Assembly: GCA_035301825.1 (NCBI GenBank)
Contig: DATGTP010000034.1
Span: 1,290-65,289, forward strand
From: Pseudogracilibacillus sp.
GTDB taxonomy: Bacteria > Bacillota > Bacilli > Bacillales > Amphibacillaceae
Length of the DNA stretch: 64,000 nt
Direction: 5' to 3'
Notes under the pieces: generated by a model
Databases searched by the model: none
Told to the model about the DNA's origin: nothing
The model's input: the letters and a program-made list of their open reading frames with translations, nothing else
Program-made: the position numbers and the translations under genes
Part shown: positions 12,493 to 23,422 of the stretch, piece by piece
How positions within the stretch are numbered: the stretch's first letter is position 1
Layout of the letters: every line of letters begins with the position of its first letter

Positions 12493-14484
12493 TTAACTTT
12501 CAGCTTTCAGTTCGAATATAATATCTCTTAATTCTGTTGCACGTTCGAACTCTAAGTTTCTTGCCGCTTCTTTCATTTCAACTTCTAAGTTTTCAATCAC
12601 TTTAGCTCGTTCTTTTTTCGGCAACTGACTAATTGGAATACGTTCATCGTCTTTCGTCGTTAACTCCTCAACCTCTTCAGCGACATATGTCGCTTGGATT
12701 AACTCACGAACATCTTTCTTAATCGTCTGTGGTGTAATCCCATGTTCTTCGTTAAAGGCCTTTTGTATCGTCCGACGACGATTCGTTTCATCTATCGCCT
12801 TTTGCATGGAATCTGTAATCCGATCTGCATACATGATGACCTTACCATTGGCATTACGCGCAGCCCGTCCAGCCGTCTGAATCAATGATCGTTCTGAACG
12901 TAAGAAACCTTCCTTATCTGCATCCAAAATAGCAACTAAGGACACTTCCGGTATATCAAGCCCTTCACGTAATAAGTTAATCCCGATTAAAACATCATAT
13001 TTTCCTAATCGTAAGTCACGAATAATTTCAATTCGTGCTAATGTTTTGATTTCCGAATGTAAATAAGCGACTTTATAATTTAACTCCTTAAAGTAATCCG
13101 TTAAATCTTCTGACATTCTTTTCGTTAAGGTTGTAATTAAAACTCGCTCTTTTTTCTCAATTCGTTGATTAATTTCTTCCATTAAATCATCAATTTGTCC
13201 ATCAATTGGACGAACATCTATTTCTGGATCAAGCAAGCCTGTCGGTCGAATAATTTGTTCGACCATTTCTTTCGTATGTTCCATTTCATATGGTCCAGGT
13301 GTCGCTGATACATACATCGTCTGTTTGACCTTCTGTTCAAACTCCTCAAACTTAAGTGGTCGGTTATCTAAAGCTGACGGTAAGCGAAAACCATGATCGA
13401 CTAACATTTGCTTACGTGCCTGGTCTCCATTATACATGGCACGAACTTGCGGCAAGGTCGCATGTGACTCATCAATCACGACTAAAAAGTCATCCGGAAA
13501 GAAATCTAACAATGTATAAGGTGTTGATCCTGCTTCACGAAATGTTAAATGACGTGAATAGTTTTCAATTCCTGAACAAAAGCCCATTTCACGCATCATT
13601 TCTAAATCGTAATTTGTTCGTTGTTCAAGCCTTTGCGCTTCTAGTAGCTTTCCTTCCGCTTCCATGACTTTTAATTGATCTTCTAATTCTTTTTCAATGT
13701 TGTCAATCGCTTTTTTCATTTTCTCTTCACGTGTGACGAAGTGAGAGGCTGGGAATATCGCAACATGTTCCCGATCCCCAATAATTTCACCTGTTAGAGC
13801 GTCGACTTCACGGATTCGATCAATTTCATCTCCAAAAAACTCAATCCGTATACAATGTTCTTCCCGTGAGGCCGGAATAATTTCAACTGAATCACCACGT
13901 ACCCGGAAGGTCCCCCGTTTAAAGTCAATATCATTACGAGCATATTGAATATCAACTAATTGCCGTAACAATTCATCTCGTTCAATTTCCATACCCATTC
14001 GCAATGAACAGACTTGACTTCGATACTCTTCTGGCGAACCAAGACCATATATACATGAGACACTGGCAACAATTAAGACATCACGCCGCTCAAATAAAGA
14101 TGATGTTGCAGAGTGACGCAACTTATCAATTTCATCATTAATACTGGCATCTTTTTCAATAAATGTATCTGTTGAAGGAACATATGCTTCAGGCTGATAA
14201 TAATCATAATAACTCACAAAATATTCAACCGCATTTTCTGGGAAAAACTCTTTAAATTCACTGTACAATTGACCAGCTAAGGTCTTATTATGAGCAATGA
14301 CTAAAGTCGGACGATTCACTTCTGTCACGACGTTAGACACCGTAAAGGTCTTCCCTGTCCCTGTTGCACCTAATAAAGTTAAATGTTTTTCTTCATCATC
14401 TAATTGCCTGACAAGTTGATCAATTGCTTTTGGTTGATCCCCTTGAGGTGTGAATGATGACACGAGATTAAACTTTTCTGTCAC
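12493..14484 (-). CDS. uvrB: Excinuclease ABC subunit B
   Basis: [19 protein letters not shown]-terminal UVR domain. Confidence 0.98.
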   Translation of the reverse strand: MTEKFNLVSSFTPQGDQPKAIDQLVRQLDDEEKHLTLLGATGTGKTFTVSNVVTEVNRPTLVIAHNKTLAGQLYSEFKEFFPENAVEYFVSYYDYYQPEAYVPSTDTFIEKDASINDEIDKLRHSATSSLFERRDVLIVASVSCIYGLGSPEEYRSQVCSLRMGMEIERDELLRQLVDIQYARNDIDFKRGTFRVRGDSVEIIPASREEHCIRIEFFGDEIDRIREVDALTGEIIGDREHVAIFPASHFVTREEKMKKAIDNIEKELEDQLKVMEAEGKLLEAQRLEQRTNYDLEMMREMGFCSGIENYSRHLTFREAGSTPYTLLDFFPDDFLVVIDESHATLPQVRAMYNGDQARKQMLVDHGFRLPSALDNRPLKFEEFEQKVKQTMYVSATPGPYEMEHTKEMVEQIIRPTGLLDPEIDVRPIDGQIDDLMEEINQRIEKKERVLITTLTKRMSEDLTDYFKELNYKVAYLHSEIKTLARIEIIRDLRLGKYDVLIGINLLREGLDIPEVSLVAILDADKEGFLRSERSLIQTAGRAARNANGKVIMYADRITDSMQKAIDETNRRRTIQKAFNEEHGITPQTIKKDVRELIQATYVAEEVEELTTKDDERIPISQLPKKERAKVIENLEVEMKEAARNLEFERATELRDIIFELKAES

Positions 14485-14529
14485 AAAAATACCTCCGTTC
14501 TTTATCTACTTCAAAGTATATCATGTAAC

Positions 14530-14543
14530 CGAACGAACATTCC
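14530..14543. promoter_or_regulatory. LexA/DinR SOS box upstream of uvrB
   Basis: CGAACGAACATTCC, one mismatch to GAAC-N4-GTTC, ~45 bp upstream of uvrB. Confidence 0.7.
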
Positions 14544-14560
14544 ATTTTTTAATTTCCAAT

Positions 14561-14591
14561 AAAAAAGTCGAATTCTTCATGAATTCGACTT
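14561..14591 (-). terminator. Intrinsic terminator after ATP-grasp ligase gene
   Basis: AAGTCGAATTC-TTCAT-GAATTCGACTT with A-run. Confidence 0.75.
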
Positions 14592-14595
14592 CTCT

Positions 14596-15807
14596 TTACC
14601 AATGGCTATTTTTATATTTTCGATAATAGTTAATCTGCCTTAAAAATAAGTACAATTTGCGCTTCAAGCTTTTATCTTTTTTATAAAAGAGTGGATTCCC
14701 AAATCGTTTCTTTTTTAACAACTGTTTCACTTCTTTTTTGACAGCATCGTTTTTGACAAATGTTTTTAACACTTGCCTAGGAACGACTGTAAATAAAAAG
14801 TGGTCTTCAATATATTCAAGTGATTTAGATTTATTTTCAATTAAATCATCAACAAGTAACTGAGCCATATTATGACCACATTGTGTTATATAATAACTTG
14901 AACGGCCTTGCCTCACATTTACTTCAAACACTTTAAACTTGCCATCTCGTTGATCGTATTTTAAATCGAAGTTAGCAAAACCAACATAGCCAAGCTCTTT
15001 TAAAAACTGAACTAACTTGTCCATCATTTCTCTATTTGGCTTTGTAATCACAGCTGTATAGTTTCCTATTCCTGTTATGGTATGCTCTTGTAAAACAACT
15101 TGGCCAAATGAAACAACTTGTGGCTCACTTTCCTGACTCATATAAACGACAGCATCCCACATGTAAGTATCATCACCAGGAATATAATCTTGAATGATCA
15201 GTTCATCACGGTAGCCACTATCTTTAATTTTCTCAATCACTTCTTGTGCTTCTTCTAGACTATTTAGCTTATATACTTTATGTTGACCTGGAAAGCTATG
15301 TTTGAAGTAGTTGACGCCATTACCAGGCTTGATAATAATTGGATAAGTCATCTCTTCAGTAAAGGTTTCTTCTGAAGCGCAATCAAACATATATGTTTTT
15401 GGAATATCAATCCCATGTCTCTCACACACTTTATAAAAATTATTTTTCACAAGTAAGTCATTCAATAAATTTTCTTCAATATAATTAAACTTAAAGTCCT
15501 TTTCTAATTGTTGACGATTTTCAACAATTAAACGAACATATTCATCATTTGTCGCTACTAACACTAAATGTTCCGCTTCATTTTTATATTGTTGGGAAAT
15601 TTTTTCTAAATGCTTAAGAAATACATCTGTCTCATGTAAGTTTTCATCGTAAATAATATGTGTCGTAATCGTACTATATTCAGTGAATGACATCGGTGAC
15701 TGACCTAATAATACAGGCTTCATCCCATATGCCTCATGAAAAGAGATTGCCATATTGTATGCATTCATATCAGTTCCAACAATTATTGGAATAAATTTCG
15801 CTTTCAT
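14596..15807 (-). CDS. ATP-grasp carboxylate-amine ligase, D-aspartate ligase (Aslfm/YxbA)-like
   Basis: FIPIIVGTDMNAY..A.SFHEAYG, QDYIPGDD, IGNY, GFANFDLKYD.RDG.FK.FEVN.RQGRSS; start set at MKAKF from GGAG RBS. Confidence 0.8.
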   Translation of the reverse strand: MKAKFIPIIVGTDMNAYNMAISFHEAYGMKPVLLGQSPMSFTEYSTITTHIIYDENLHETDVFLKHLEKISQQYKNEAEHLVLVATNDEYVRLIVENRQQLEKDFKFNYIEENLLNDLLVKNNFYKVCERHGIDIPKTYMFDCASEETFTEEMTYPIIIKPGNGVNYFKHSFPGQHKVYKLNSLEEAQEVIEKIKDSGYRDELIIQDYIPGDDTYMWDAVVYMSQESEPQVVSFGQVVLQEHTITGIGNYTAVITKPNREMMDKLVQFLKELGYVGFANFDLKYDQRDGKFKVFEVNVRQGRSSYYITQCGHNMAQLLVDDLIENKSKSLEYIEDHFLFTVVPRQVLKTFVKNDAVKKEVKQLLKKKRFGNPLFYKKDKSLKRKLYLFLRQINYYRKYKNSHW

Positions 15808-16153
15808 TTTAGGCTCCAATCCGCAATTCTAATTGATTGCTTTTCTCTTGTTCCTTCATTGTACAATACTGTATGAATACCTTTCAAATCATATAAAAGA
15901 TAAGGGATAGCTCAGCATTATTCTAATGGCTCTCCCTATCTTATATATAGTATAATCGACATGATTCATTATTTTTATCACATTTTCGTTGCTTGATTAT
16001 TCGAAGTAAACTAAATAATAAATAGTCAAAAAATGATAAATAGATGTTTTAAAAATGGTCACAATGTGAATGGTATAAGAAATAGATATTCTTAGAACCT
16101 GTTAAGACATCTTTTTGTGTATCAAAATTAAGGATTGGATTGGAGTGGAATAA

Positions 16154-17626
16154 ATGAATTTAAAAAAATTATTATCTCAGATAAATATTATTCATACGAC
16201 TCATGATGTAGACAAGATTGACATTCATGCCCTTGCTTATGATTCGCGTAAGGTAGGCAAAAATGATTTATTTGTCGCTATTCGAGGCTATGTCACAGAT
16301 GGTCATCTCTTTTTACAGTCAGCTGCTAACAATGGCGCCCAAGCTGCTATTGTGGAAGAAATTGATGAAAGTGTAAATATCCCACAAATTCAAGTTGACA
16401 ATAGTAGGTTAGCACTAGCCATTATTGCTGATCAATTTTATAGGCATCCATCAAGACAGATGCAAACAATCGGTGTAACTGCTACAAACGGTAAAACAAC
16501 TACTTCTTATATGATTAATGAAGTGTTAGAAAATGCTCATTTTAAAACAGGGGTTGTTGGGAGCGTAAATGTAAAGGTTGGTAATCATTATGAACCTGCT
16601 GAATTAACGACACCTGAATCATTAGACTTACAAGCTTACTTTCACGAGATGCAAGAAGCTCAAGTTACCCACGCGATTATGGAAGTGTCATCTGCTGCTC
16701 AAGAATTATATCGTGTAGCAGCCATTCATTATGATATCGTTACTTTGAATAATATTAATAAAGAACATATTGACACACATGGAAGCTTTGAAAATTATGT
16801 TGCTCAAAAGACTAAATTAATTAAGCAAGCACCAAAAGATAGTATTGCGATTTTAAACTTAGATTGCCAGGAAGCTAAAGACTTAAGATCGGAGACAGAT
16901 GCTCACGTCATCACGTTTGCTCTCGATAACAAGCATGCAGATTTCACCGTAGAAAACCTTGATTTATCAACAGGACGAGCACAATTTGATGTTCAATTAA
17001 ACAAAGAAATAAAGCTGAATGGTAATACTTTAAAGCCGATGACTTTCAGAATGGAGTTAGGTGTACCTGGTTTACATTCTGTATCTAATTCAATGATTGC
17101 TATTATAATTGGCTTAATAAATGATATTGCTATAGAAAGTATCCAAACAAGCTTAAAAGCTTTTAATGGTGTTCATCGTCGCTTTCAATTTATTCATGAA
17201 GGTGACTTCACCGTTATTGATGATCATTTTGCTAACCCTGGTAATATTAATGTCACTCTAGAAACATTAAGCTTAATGGATTACCGCCACTTAAAATTAT
17301 TATATGCTATACGTGGTAATCGCGGTGCCGAAGTAAACGAAGATAATGCAAACACTTTAGTTAAATGGGCTCCACGCTTAGGCTTAAAAGAGGTTTATGT
17401 AACACGAAGCCAATCAGACGTCACTGACAAGGATAAGGTGACTGACGAGGAATATGAGGCCTTTGTGACCATTCTCCATGACCACGGGATTCAAACAATT
17501 GATTTTGATGAGTTAGATGATTCGATTCAAGCTATCATAAAAGAAGTTGGCACAGATGATTTACTCTTACTTGCCGGCTGTCAAGGAATGGATGAAGGAG
17601 CAAAGTATCTCCATCAATATGTGTAA
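16154..17626 (+). CDS. murE: Atypical MurE-family UDP-MurNAc-tripeptide ligase
   Basis: YDSR, GVTATNGKTTT, TTPES, MEVSS; C-terminal domain lacks the DNPR DAP-specificity motif. Confidence 0.75.
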   Translation: MNLKKLLSQINIIHTTHDVDKIDIHALAYDSRKVGKNDLFVAIRGYVTDGHLFLQSAANNGAQAAIVEEIDESVNIPQIQVDNSRLALAIIADQFYRHPSRQMQTIGVTATNGKTTTSYMINEVLENAHFKTGVVGSVNVKVGNHYEPAELTTPESLDLQAYFHEMQEAQVTHAIMEVSSAAQELYRVAAIHYDIVTLNNINKEHIDTHGSFENYVAQKTKLIKQAPKDSIAILNLDCQEAKDLRSETDAHVITFALDNKHADFTVENLDLSTGRAQFDVQLNKEIKLNGNTLKPMTFRMELGVPGLHSVSNSMIAIIIGLINDIAIESIQTSLKAFNGVHRRFQFIHEGDFTVIDDHFANPGNINVTLETLSLMDYRHLKLLYAIRGNRGAEVNEDNANTLVKWAPRLGLKEVYVTRSQSDVTDKDKVTDEEYEAFVTILHDHGIQTIDFDELDDSIQAIIKEVGTDDLLLLAGCQGMDEGAKYLHQYV

Positions 17627-17630
17627 AGAG

Positions 17631-17664
17631 AAAAGCCATCTATACAAAATGTATAGATGGTTTT
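17631..17664. terminator. Bidirectional terminator between murE-like and minJ
   Basis: AAAAGCCATCTATACA-AAA-TGTATAGATGGTTTT. Confidence 0.75.
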
Positions 17665-18818
17665 TATTGACTAGCAAACAAGAGACCAAGCTCATGGTGT
17701 TCTGCTTCATAACGCGGACATGTTAAATACCGCTCTTTCCCTTTCATATCTTGAACATATAATTTATAAAATGGTACTTCTTCTCGCAAGTATTGATAAA
17801 ATTGTCCTTCACTCCTAATTGAATAACCATTTACTTTTAGTATTGTTTCACCTGCTTTTAAACCTATTTCACTCGCCGTACTTTCTTCAATGACAGCAAT
17901 AATCTTCAAGCCATCCTTCACTGGATAATAAAGTGACTTCCCTTTCCTATCTTTTAACCTTAATAAGAATACGATCAACTCTCTACCAAAAATCGTTAAT
18001 ACAATCAAGATGATTCCTATATATTCTATCTGTAAAAACATGGACAACATAGCGACTGCTGATAAGGTCATTAATAAAATAGCGTATGATCGAATTAAAT
18101 CTTGTCTCAACTCTTTAAAAGGATATGAAACAAAAGTAAATTGATAGCCAAATAAAAATGGAATGATCACTAATTGATATGAATGATTTGGTAATTCAAT
18201 AAAAGGGAGCCATTGAATAAGTGGCTCAATCATTTCAGTTGGGACATAAGCGACAAAAGGTAATAAAAGACCACGCTTTAATTGGCTAGCTCCTACCGTT
18301 AATCCTCGATTACTCTTTATTTTCTTCGAAAACAAGTGGTTACGATTCGAGAATAGAACACTGACAACTTCGACAATTAGTAAAGCCATTATAAAGATAA
18401 ATACTGTAAATGATTCTTCAATTAAAAGGTTGACTTGCTCAAGTTCTCCCATCATTGTTACTGCAATAAAAGTTAAAGTATAACTTAGTCCAATCGTATA
18501 TACTGCAGATAAAAAACTAAATGATTTCATGAAAAATAAACTAATAAACAAGACCATCATCATGATCAATAAATACTTTGTCATGACAAGCTGAAAATAA
18601 ATTGTAAAAGCAGATATGACAATTGTAAAAATCAAAGTCATAAAAAGGGACTGTTTCCATTCATAAGACCAGTCTTTTAATTTTATTCGAAATAAACGGC
18701 GCTCATTTTTAATCCTGCGATAACCTGTCAATAATACAATCGCTAAGACGATATAAAAAAGGGGATTGAGTAATAAAAGTACCCCATTTAATAAGACAAT
18801 GTTCATGAAGTCAGCCAT
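17664..18818 (-). CDS. minJ: Cell division topological determinant MinJ (multi-TM + C-terminal PDZ)
   Basis: Polytopic membrane protein, PDZ (GLKAGETILKVNG), HELGLLF end; downstream of ctpB. Confidence 0.75.
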   Translation of the reverse strand: MADFMNIVLLNGVLLLLNPLFYIVLAIVLLTGYRRIKNERRLFRIKLKDWSYEWKQSLFMTLIFTIVISAFTIYFQLVMTKYLLIMMMVLFISLFFMKSFSFLSAVYTIGLSYTLTFIAVTMMGELEQVNLLIEESFTVFIFIMALLIVEVVSVLFSNRNHLFSKKIKSNRGLTVGASQLKRGLLLPFVAYVPTEMIEPLIQWLPFIELPNHSYQLVIIPFLFGYQFTFVSYPFKELRQDLIRSYAILLMTLSAVAMLSMFLQIEYIGIILIVLTIFGRELIVFLLRLKDRKGKSLYYPVKDGLKIIAVIEESTASEIGLKAGETILKVNGYSIRSEGQFYQYLREEVPFYKLYVQDMKGKERYLTCPRYEAEHHELGLLFASQ

Positions 18819-18841
18819 TATACCAAATCCCCCCTTATCAT

Positions 18842-20296
18842 TTAATTATATAAGGCTTCAATCGCCTTTTCTAATTGTAAATCATCTTCTTTTTCACGAA
18901 TATTATCGACTACATTTAATTCAATTTGTCCATAAGTCTTTTCGTTAATTGTGCCTGTTACATCTAAATCATGGTCCTTTTGATATGCTTTGACCACTTT
19001 TTCCATTTCTTCATCAAAATAGCCATCTGTTCGGATATCATCATAGCCAATACCTTTTAACATTTTTTGAATTGTTTCGATATCTTCACCAACATCATCT
19101 TTTTTCAATTCATCGTCTAAACTGACAGGTGTTAAGTAATAATAATCTGGTTGTTTTTGTTCAATGGTTGGCTCTACTCCTACTTCATTAATCCAATTAC
19201 CATCAGGTGACAACCATTTGAAAAATGTTAACTTAACGGTACTCCCATCACCTAGGGAAACTGCTTGCTGTACGGTTCCTTTACCAAAAGACTTTGTTCC
19301 AACAACATCATAACCGTTTTCTTTTAAGGTGACAGCTAAGATTTCTGAAGCTGAAGCACTTCCTTCATCGGTTATAATGGAAATCGGATAATCTTTCCCT
19401 TCTGTCAGATTAGTAAAGTATTCTTCTTTTTTACCATCACGATCTTCTATTTGAATGTATGGCTTATCTTTCGTCACGAGCAACTCTAAAATTTCTTCAA
19501 CTGAATCAAGTAGACCACCTGGATTACCTCGAACATCAATTACGAGTCCATCCATTCCTTCATCTTCCAGTTCATTTAAAAAGTCTTCAAATTCTGTTGA
19601 TGTCCGCTCCGAAAATGATGTTAATGTTAAATAACCTGTTTTCTTACCGTCTTCCTCTAGCATTTCTTTATAAACCGTTTCTACTGGAATATCATCACGA
19701 ACAAGTTCTACTTCAAATGGCTTTTCTGATCCAGCACGTTCAATGAGTAAGGTTACTGTGGACCCTTTTTCGCCTCGAATATGTTCTACCGCTTCGTGTA
19801 AATCATAACCTTCCAATGATTCGCCATCTACTTCTAATACAACATCATTCGGACGTAATCCAGCTTTTTCTGCAGGTGAATCTTTAATAGGCGAAATAAT
19901 TGTTACCTTTCCTTCGCGTAGACTCACTTCAGCACCAATCCCTTGAAAGGAAGAGTTAATTTGTTCTTCAAAACGTTCCATTGCTTCAACATTCATATAT
20001 TCACTATAAGGGTCATCTAAAACATCTAATATCCCCTTAATAGCCCCTTCATATAAATCATCTTCTTCGACTTCCTCAATATAATGTTGCTCTATTAATT
20101 GGAGCGTCTGGACAATTTTCTCCAATTGTGGATCATCTAAATCCGTTTGATTGGTAGATTTGTTATTGTCCTTCTCGATAACAGGTGGTTTTTCTTGTGT
20201 TGACTCAAACCATTTTGTCCCAACAAAAGCTCCACCTATTCCTACTCCGAAACATATAATTGTTGCTAAGATAAATTGCCATAATTTTAATTTCAT
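18842..20296 (-). CDS. ctpB: Carboxy-terminal processing protease (S41, PDZ, PG-binding domain)
   Basis: FQGIGAEV, DVRGNPGG, SASASEI, FGKGTVQ; start set at MKLKLW. Confidence 0.85.
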   Translation of the reverse strand: MKLKLWQFILATIICFGVGIGGAFVGTKWFESTQEKPPVIEKDNNKSTNQTDLDDPQLEKIVQTLQLIEQHYIEEVEEDDLYEGAIKGILDVLDDPYSEYMNVEAMERFEEQINSSFQGIGAEVSLREGKVTIISPIKDSPAEKAGLRPNDVVLEVDGESLEGYDLHEAVEHIRGEKGSTVTLLIERAGSEKPFEVELVRDDIPVETVYKEMLEEDGKKTGYLTLTSFSERTSTEFEDFLNELEDEGMDGLVIDVRGNPGGLLDSVEEILELLVTKDKPYIQIEDRDGKKEEYFTNLTEGKDYPISIITDEGSASASEILAVTLKENGYDVVGTKSFGKGTVQQAVSLGDGSTVKLTFFKWLSPDGNWINEVGVEPTIEQKQPDYYYLTPVSLDDELKKDDVGEDIETIQKMLKGIGYDDIRTDGYFDEEMEKVVKAYQKDHDLDVTGTINEKTYGQIELNVVDNIREKEDDLQLEKAIEALYN

Positions 20297-20404
20297 TTTT
20301 TCAACTCCGATATTCAATGTCTTACGTTTAGTTTATCATAATTTAAATCCAACTTACATATAAAAAAAGAACTACGAAAATTTCACTTCGTAGTTCTTAA
20401 ATTA

Positions 20405-21817
20405 TTATGGTAAATAACCACTTGGATTTACTGGGTTTTTATATCCACCTGGATGCACTTCAAAATGTAAGTGAACTCCTGTTGAGTTTCCTGTTGTTCC
20501 CATAATACCAATTTGTTGCCCTTGTTTTACAACTTGTCCTGCTGACACATTAATTGAACTCATATGAGCATACAATGTCGTAACATCTCCATGGGTAATC
20601 ATAACTGTATTTCCATAGCCACCCATCCAACCTGCATGGGATACAACCCCATCTTTTGCAGAAATGATTGGTGGTGTAGAACTGTTAAGTGGTGCAAAGT
20701 CCAAACCATTATGATATGTTGATCCAATACCTCCTGGAGATTTCCTTGGACCAAATCCTGACGTAACCACAACATGACCTGAAACTGGTGTTATAAAACC
20801 GCTACTTGAATTTGAAGCAGGTGGTGAGTTTCCTCCTGAATTATCTCCTGATCCACTTCCACCGCTAGAACCTGAGTTTCCATTACTATTTCCATTGTTA
20901 CTTGCTTGGCTAGCTTCTTGTTCAGCTTTTCTTTTCGCTTCAGCTTCTTCCGCAGCTTTACGTTCTGCCTCTTCAATATCTGATTTTTTATTTGCAAGTA
21001 ATTGCTTAGCTTGCTCAGCATATTTTGCTTCACTAGCAATTAATTCATCTTCTTCAGATGCTGTTAACTCTGCTGTTTCTAACTCTTCATATTCTTCAGC
21101 AAGCTTATCTTTCACTTTCTCTTGTTCTTTTTTCTGACCCTTTAAATCCGCTTTTAAGCCATCAAGAACTGAACGTTGTTTTTCTAGTTCTTTCTTTTTA
21201 GCCTCAACCTCTTCTTTTTTCTCTTCAACTTCGACTTGCTTTTTTTCTAAGGTTTCCTGGTCTTCTTCAAGTTCACGCATAATTTGTTTATCCGAATCCA
21301 TAATTGTACTTACTGAACTTGAACGACTAATAAAATCACCAAAGTCTGTCGCCCCTAAAAGAACAGCAATATATTTAGAAAATCCACCTGTCTCTTGAAT
21401 TGAACGTAAACGATCTTTTAATAAGTCTAAACGGCGTTCTATTTTCTCGATTAGTTCTTCAATTTCTTTATCTAGCTTTTTAATTTGTGAATTCAATTTT
21501 CGAATTTCATTTTCATTTAACGAAATTTCATTTTCTTTTTCTTGAATCGAAACTTCTGTTTGACTTAACTTCGTTTCAATTGTTGATAATTCAGCTTTAA
21601 CATCATCTTGCTTTTCAACATTTTCTTTCTTTTGTTTTTTTATTTTAGACTTTTTCTCGCCAATTTCGTTTTGTTTATCTTTTAGTTCGCTTTGCTCTTT
21701 CTCTAATTCTTTTATTTCAGACTCGATGTCTTGTACTGTTTGTGCAGAAGACTCTATATTAAAAGAGAATATGACCATGAACAAAGTAACAACACTAATG
21801 ACTATTTTATTTTTCAT
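20405..21817 (-). CDS. Secreted coiled-coil (PcsB/CwlO-type) protein with M23 peptidase domain, probable FtsEX partner
   Basis: Signal peptide, long coiled coil, Gly/Ser/Asn linker, HNGLD and HLH M23 motifs; directly after ftsX. Confidence 0.85.
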   Translation of the reverse strand: MKNKIVISVVTLFMVIFSFNIESSAQTVQDIESEIKELEKEQSELKDKQNEIGEKKSKIKKQKKENVEKQDDVKAELSTIETKLSQTEVSIQEKENEISLNENEIRKLNSQIKKLDKEIEELIEKIERRLDLLKDRLRSIQETGGFSKYIAVLLGATDFGDFISRSSSVSTIMDSDKQIMRELEEDQETLEKKQVEVEEKKEEVEAKKKELEKQRSVLDGLKADLKGQKKEQEKVKDKLAEEYEELETAELTASEEDELIASEAKYAEQAKQLLANKKSDIEEAERKAAEEAEAKRKAEQEASQASNNGNSNGNSGSSGGSGSGDNSGGNSPPASNSSSGFITPVSGHVVVTSGFGPRKSPGGIGSTYHNGLDFAPLNSSTPPIISAKDGVVSHAGWMGGYGNTVMITHGDVTTLYAHMSSINVSAGQVVKQGQQIGIMGTTGNSTGVHLHFEVHPGGYKNPVNPSGYLP

Positions 21818-21852
21818 TCTCCTCGCAATCCCCCTATACAAACTTAATGATT

Positions 21853-22746
21853 TTATACACGTAAAAACTTACGAACACTCATGATACAACCCCATACACC
21901 GATGATTGCTCCAAGTAATAATATTCCTAGTGATAATTGGTAAATAAACGGATTAAATGGTAACAATTCGATAAACGATATCGATGTTTGTCCACTTAAG
22001 TTCGTGTAAATGTATTGGTATGACGAAGCTAACAATACAATTGGCAATATGGATCCAAGTACACCTAAGAGTAAACCTTCGATAAAGAATGGTCCTCTAA
22101 TAAATCCATTTGTTGCACCAACCAATTTCATAATACCTATTTCACGGCTTCTCGCCATAATTGTAAGTTTAATTGTATTTGAGATTAAGAACATAGCTGT
22201 TAAGACTAAGCCCACAATTAATCCTATTCCTATTATTCTAACATACTTATTAAATGCGAATAATTTAGGCACAACTTCTTTTCCATAGTTTACTTTATAA
22301 ACATGTGGCAATCCTTCAATCGTTTGTGCGATCCTTTCAGTATCTTTTGGATCTGCCGTCTTTACAACGAATGCGTGGTTTAATGGGTTATCTTGCTCAA
22401 TCATTTCCCAGATTTGCCCTTCATCACCCATACCTTCAATTAATCCTTCTAATTCGTCTTCCTTTGATGAGAATGATAGTTTTTCAACAGCATCATAAGC
22501 TTCTATTGTCTCTTGTAGCTCTGTTATTTCATCTTCTTCTGCTGTTACTTCAATTAACACTTTAATTTCGACATCTCGTTCAACTTGTGTTGCCATCTCA
22601 TTGATGTTTAATAAAAGACCGACAAACACACCTACTAATAACAAGGTAACAGTAACGGCACCAATCGATGCAATAGACATCCAACCGTTACGAATGACAC
22701 TTTTTGTCCCTTCTCGTATATGTCTTCCCCATGACTTAAATTTCAT
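21853..22746 (-). CDS. ftsX: Cell division permease FtsX
   Basis: RNGWMS, ISNTIKLTI.AR..EI.IMKLVGAT. Confidence 0.95.
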   Translation of the reverse strand: MKFKSWGRHIREGTKSVIRNGWMSIASIGAVTVTLLLVGVFVGLLLNINEMATQVERDVEIKVLIEVTAEEDEITELQETIEAYDAVEKLSFSSKEDELEGLIEGMGDEGQIWEMIEQDNPLNHAFVVKTADPKDTERIAQTIEGLPHVYKVNYGKEVVPKLFAFNKYVRIIGIGLIVGLVLTAMFLISNTIKLTIMARSREIGIMKLVGATNGFIRGPFFIEGLLLGVLGSILPIVLLASSYQYIYTNLSGQTSISFIELLPFNPFIYQLSLGILLLGAIIGVWGCIMSVRKFLRV

Positions 22747-23422
22747 AACCGTACTCTCCTTGCAATTCGTCTCTTACAATAACACCATTTTCAATCGCAA
22801 TCACGCGCTTTTTAATAGTGTTAACGATTTCTTTACTATGTGTTGCCATGATGACCGTCGTTCCACGCGCATTTATTTCTTCCAAAATACGCATGATTGA
22901 CCATGATGTATCAGGGTCTAAGTTTCCTGTCGGTTCATCGGCAATAATTAATTTAGGATGGTTTGCAATCGCACGTGCAATTGAAACACGTTGCTGTTCC
23001 CCACCTGATAATTCATCTGGAATAGAACGTGCTTTATTTTTTAAGCCTACTAAATCTAAAACTTCCATAACGCGTGTACGGATTCGGCTTGGTGATGCTT
23101 CAATAACTTCTAATGCGAAAGCGACATTCTCATAAACTGTTAATTTAGGTAACAATTTAAAGTCTTGGAATACAACGCCGATATCACGTCGTAACATTGA
23201 AATATCTTTACTTTTTACTTTACTTGCATCTTCACCAATAATATCAATTGTCCCACTCGTTGCTTGCTCTTCTAAATACATTAACCGAATAAAAGTAGAT
23301 TTCCCTGCTCCACTCGGTCCTACTATGTAAACAAATTCACCTTGATCTATTTGCACGTCAATTCCATTCAGTGCTGTGACACCGTTTGGATACGTTTTAT
23401 ATACGTCTTTCATCGTAATCAT
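22736..23422 (-). CDS. ftsE: Cell division ATP-binding protein FtsE
   Basis: GPSGAGKST, VVFQDFKLL, LSGGEQQR; start set at MITMKDV. Confidence 0.95.
   Translation of the reverse strand: MITMKDVYKTYPNGVTALNGIDVQIDQGEFVYIVGPSGAGKSTFIRLMYLEEQATSGTIDIIGEDASKVKSKDISMLRRDIGVVFQDFKLLPKLTVYENVAFALEVIEASPSRIRTRVMEVLDLVGLKNKARSIPDELSGGEQQRVSIARAIANHPKLIIADEPTGNLDPDTSWSIMRILEEINARGTTVIMATHSKEIVNTIKKRVIAIENGVIVRDELQGEYGYEI

Noticed and set aside
20820-20900. Short repeats (TTTCCATTAC/TTTCCATTGT) and GC-rich tract
   Set aside because: They encode the low-complexity Gly/Ser/Asn linker of the M23 protein; not CRISPR or a mobile repeat
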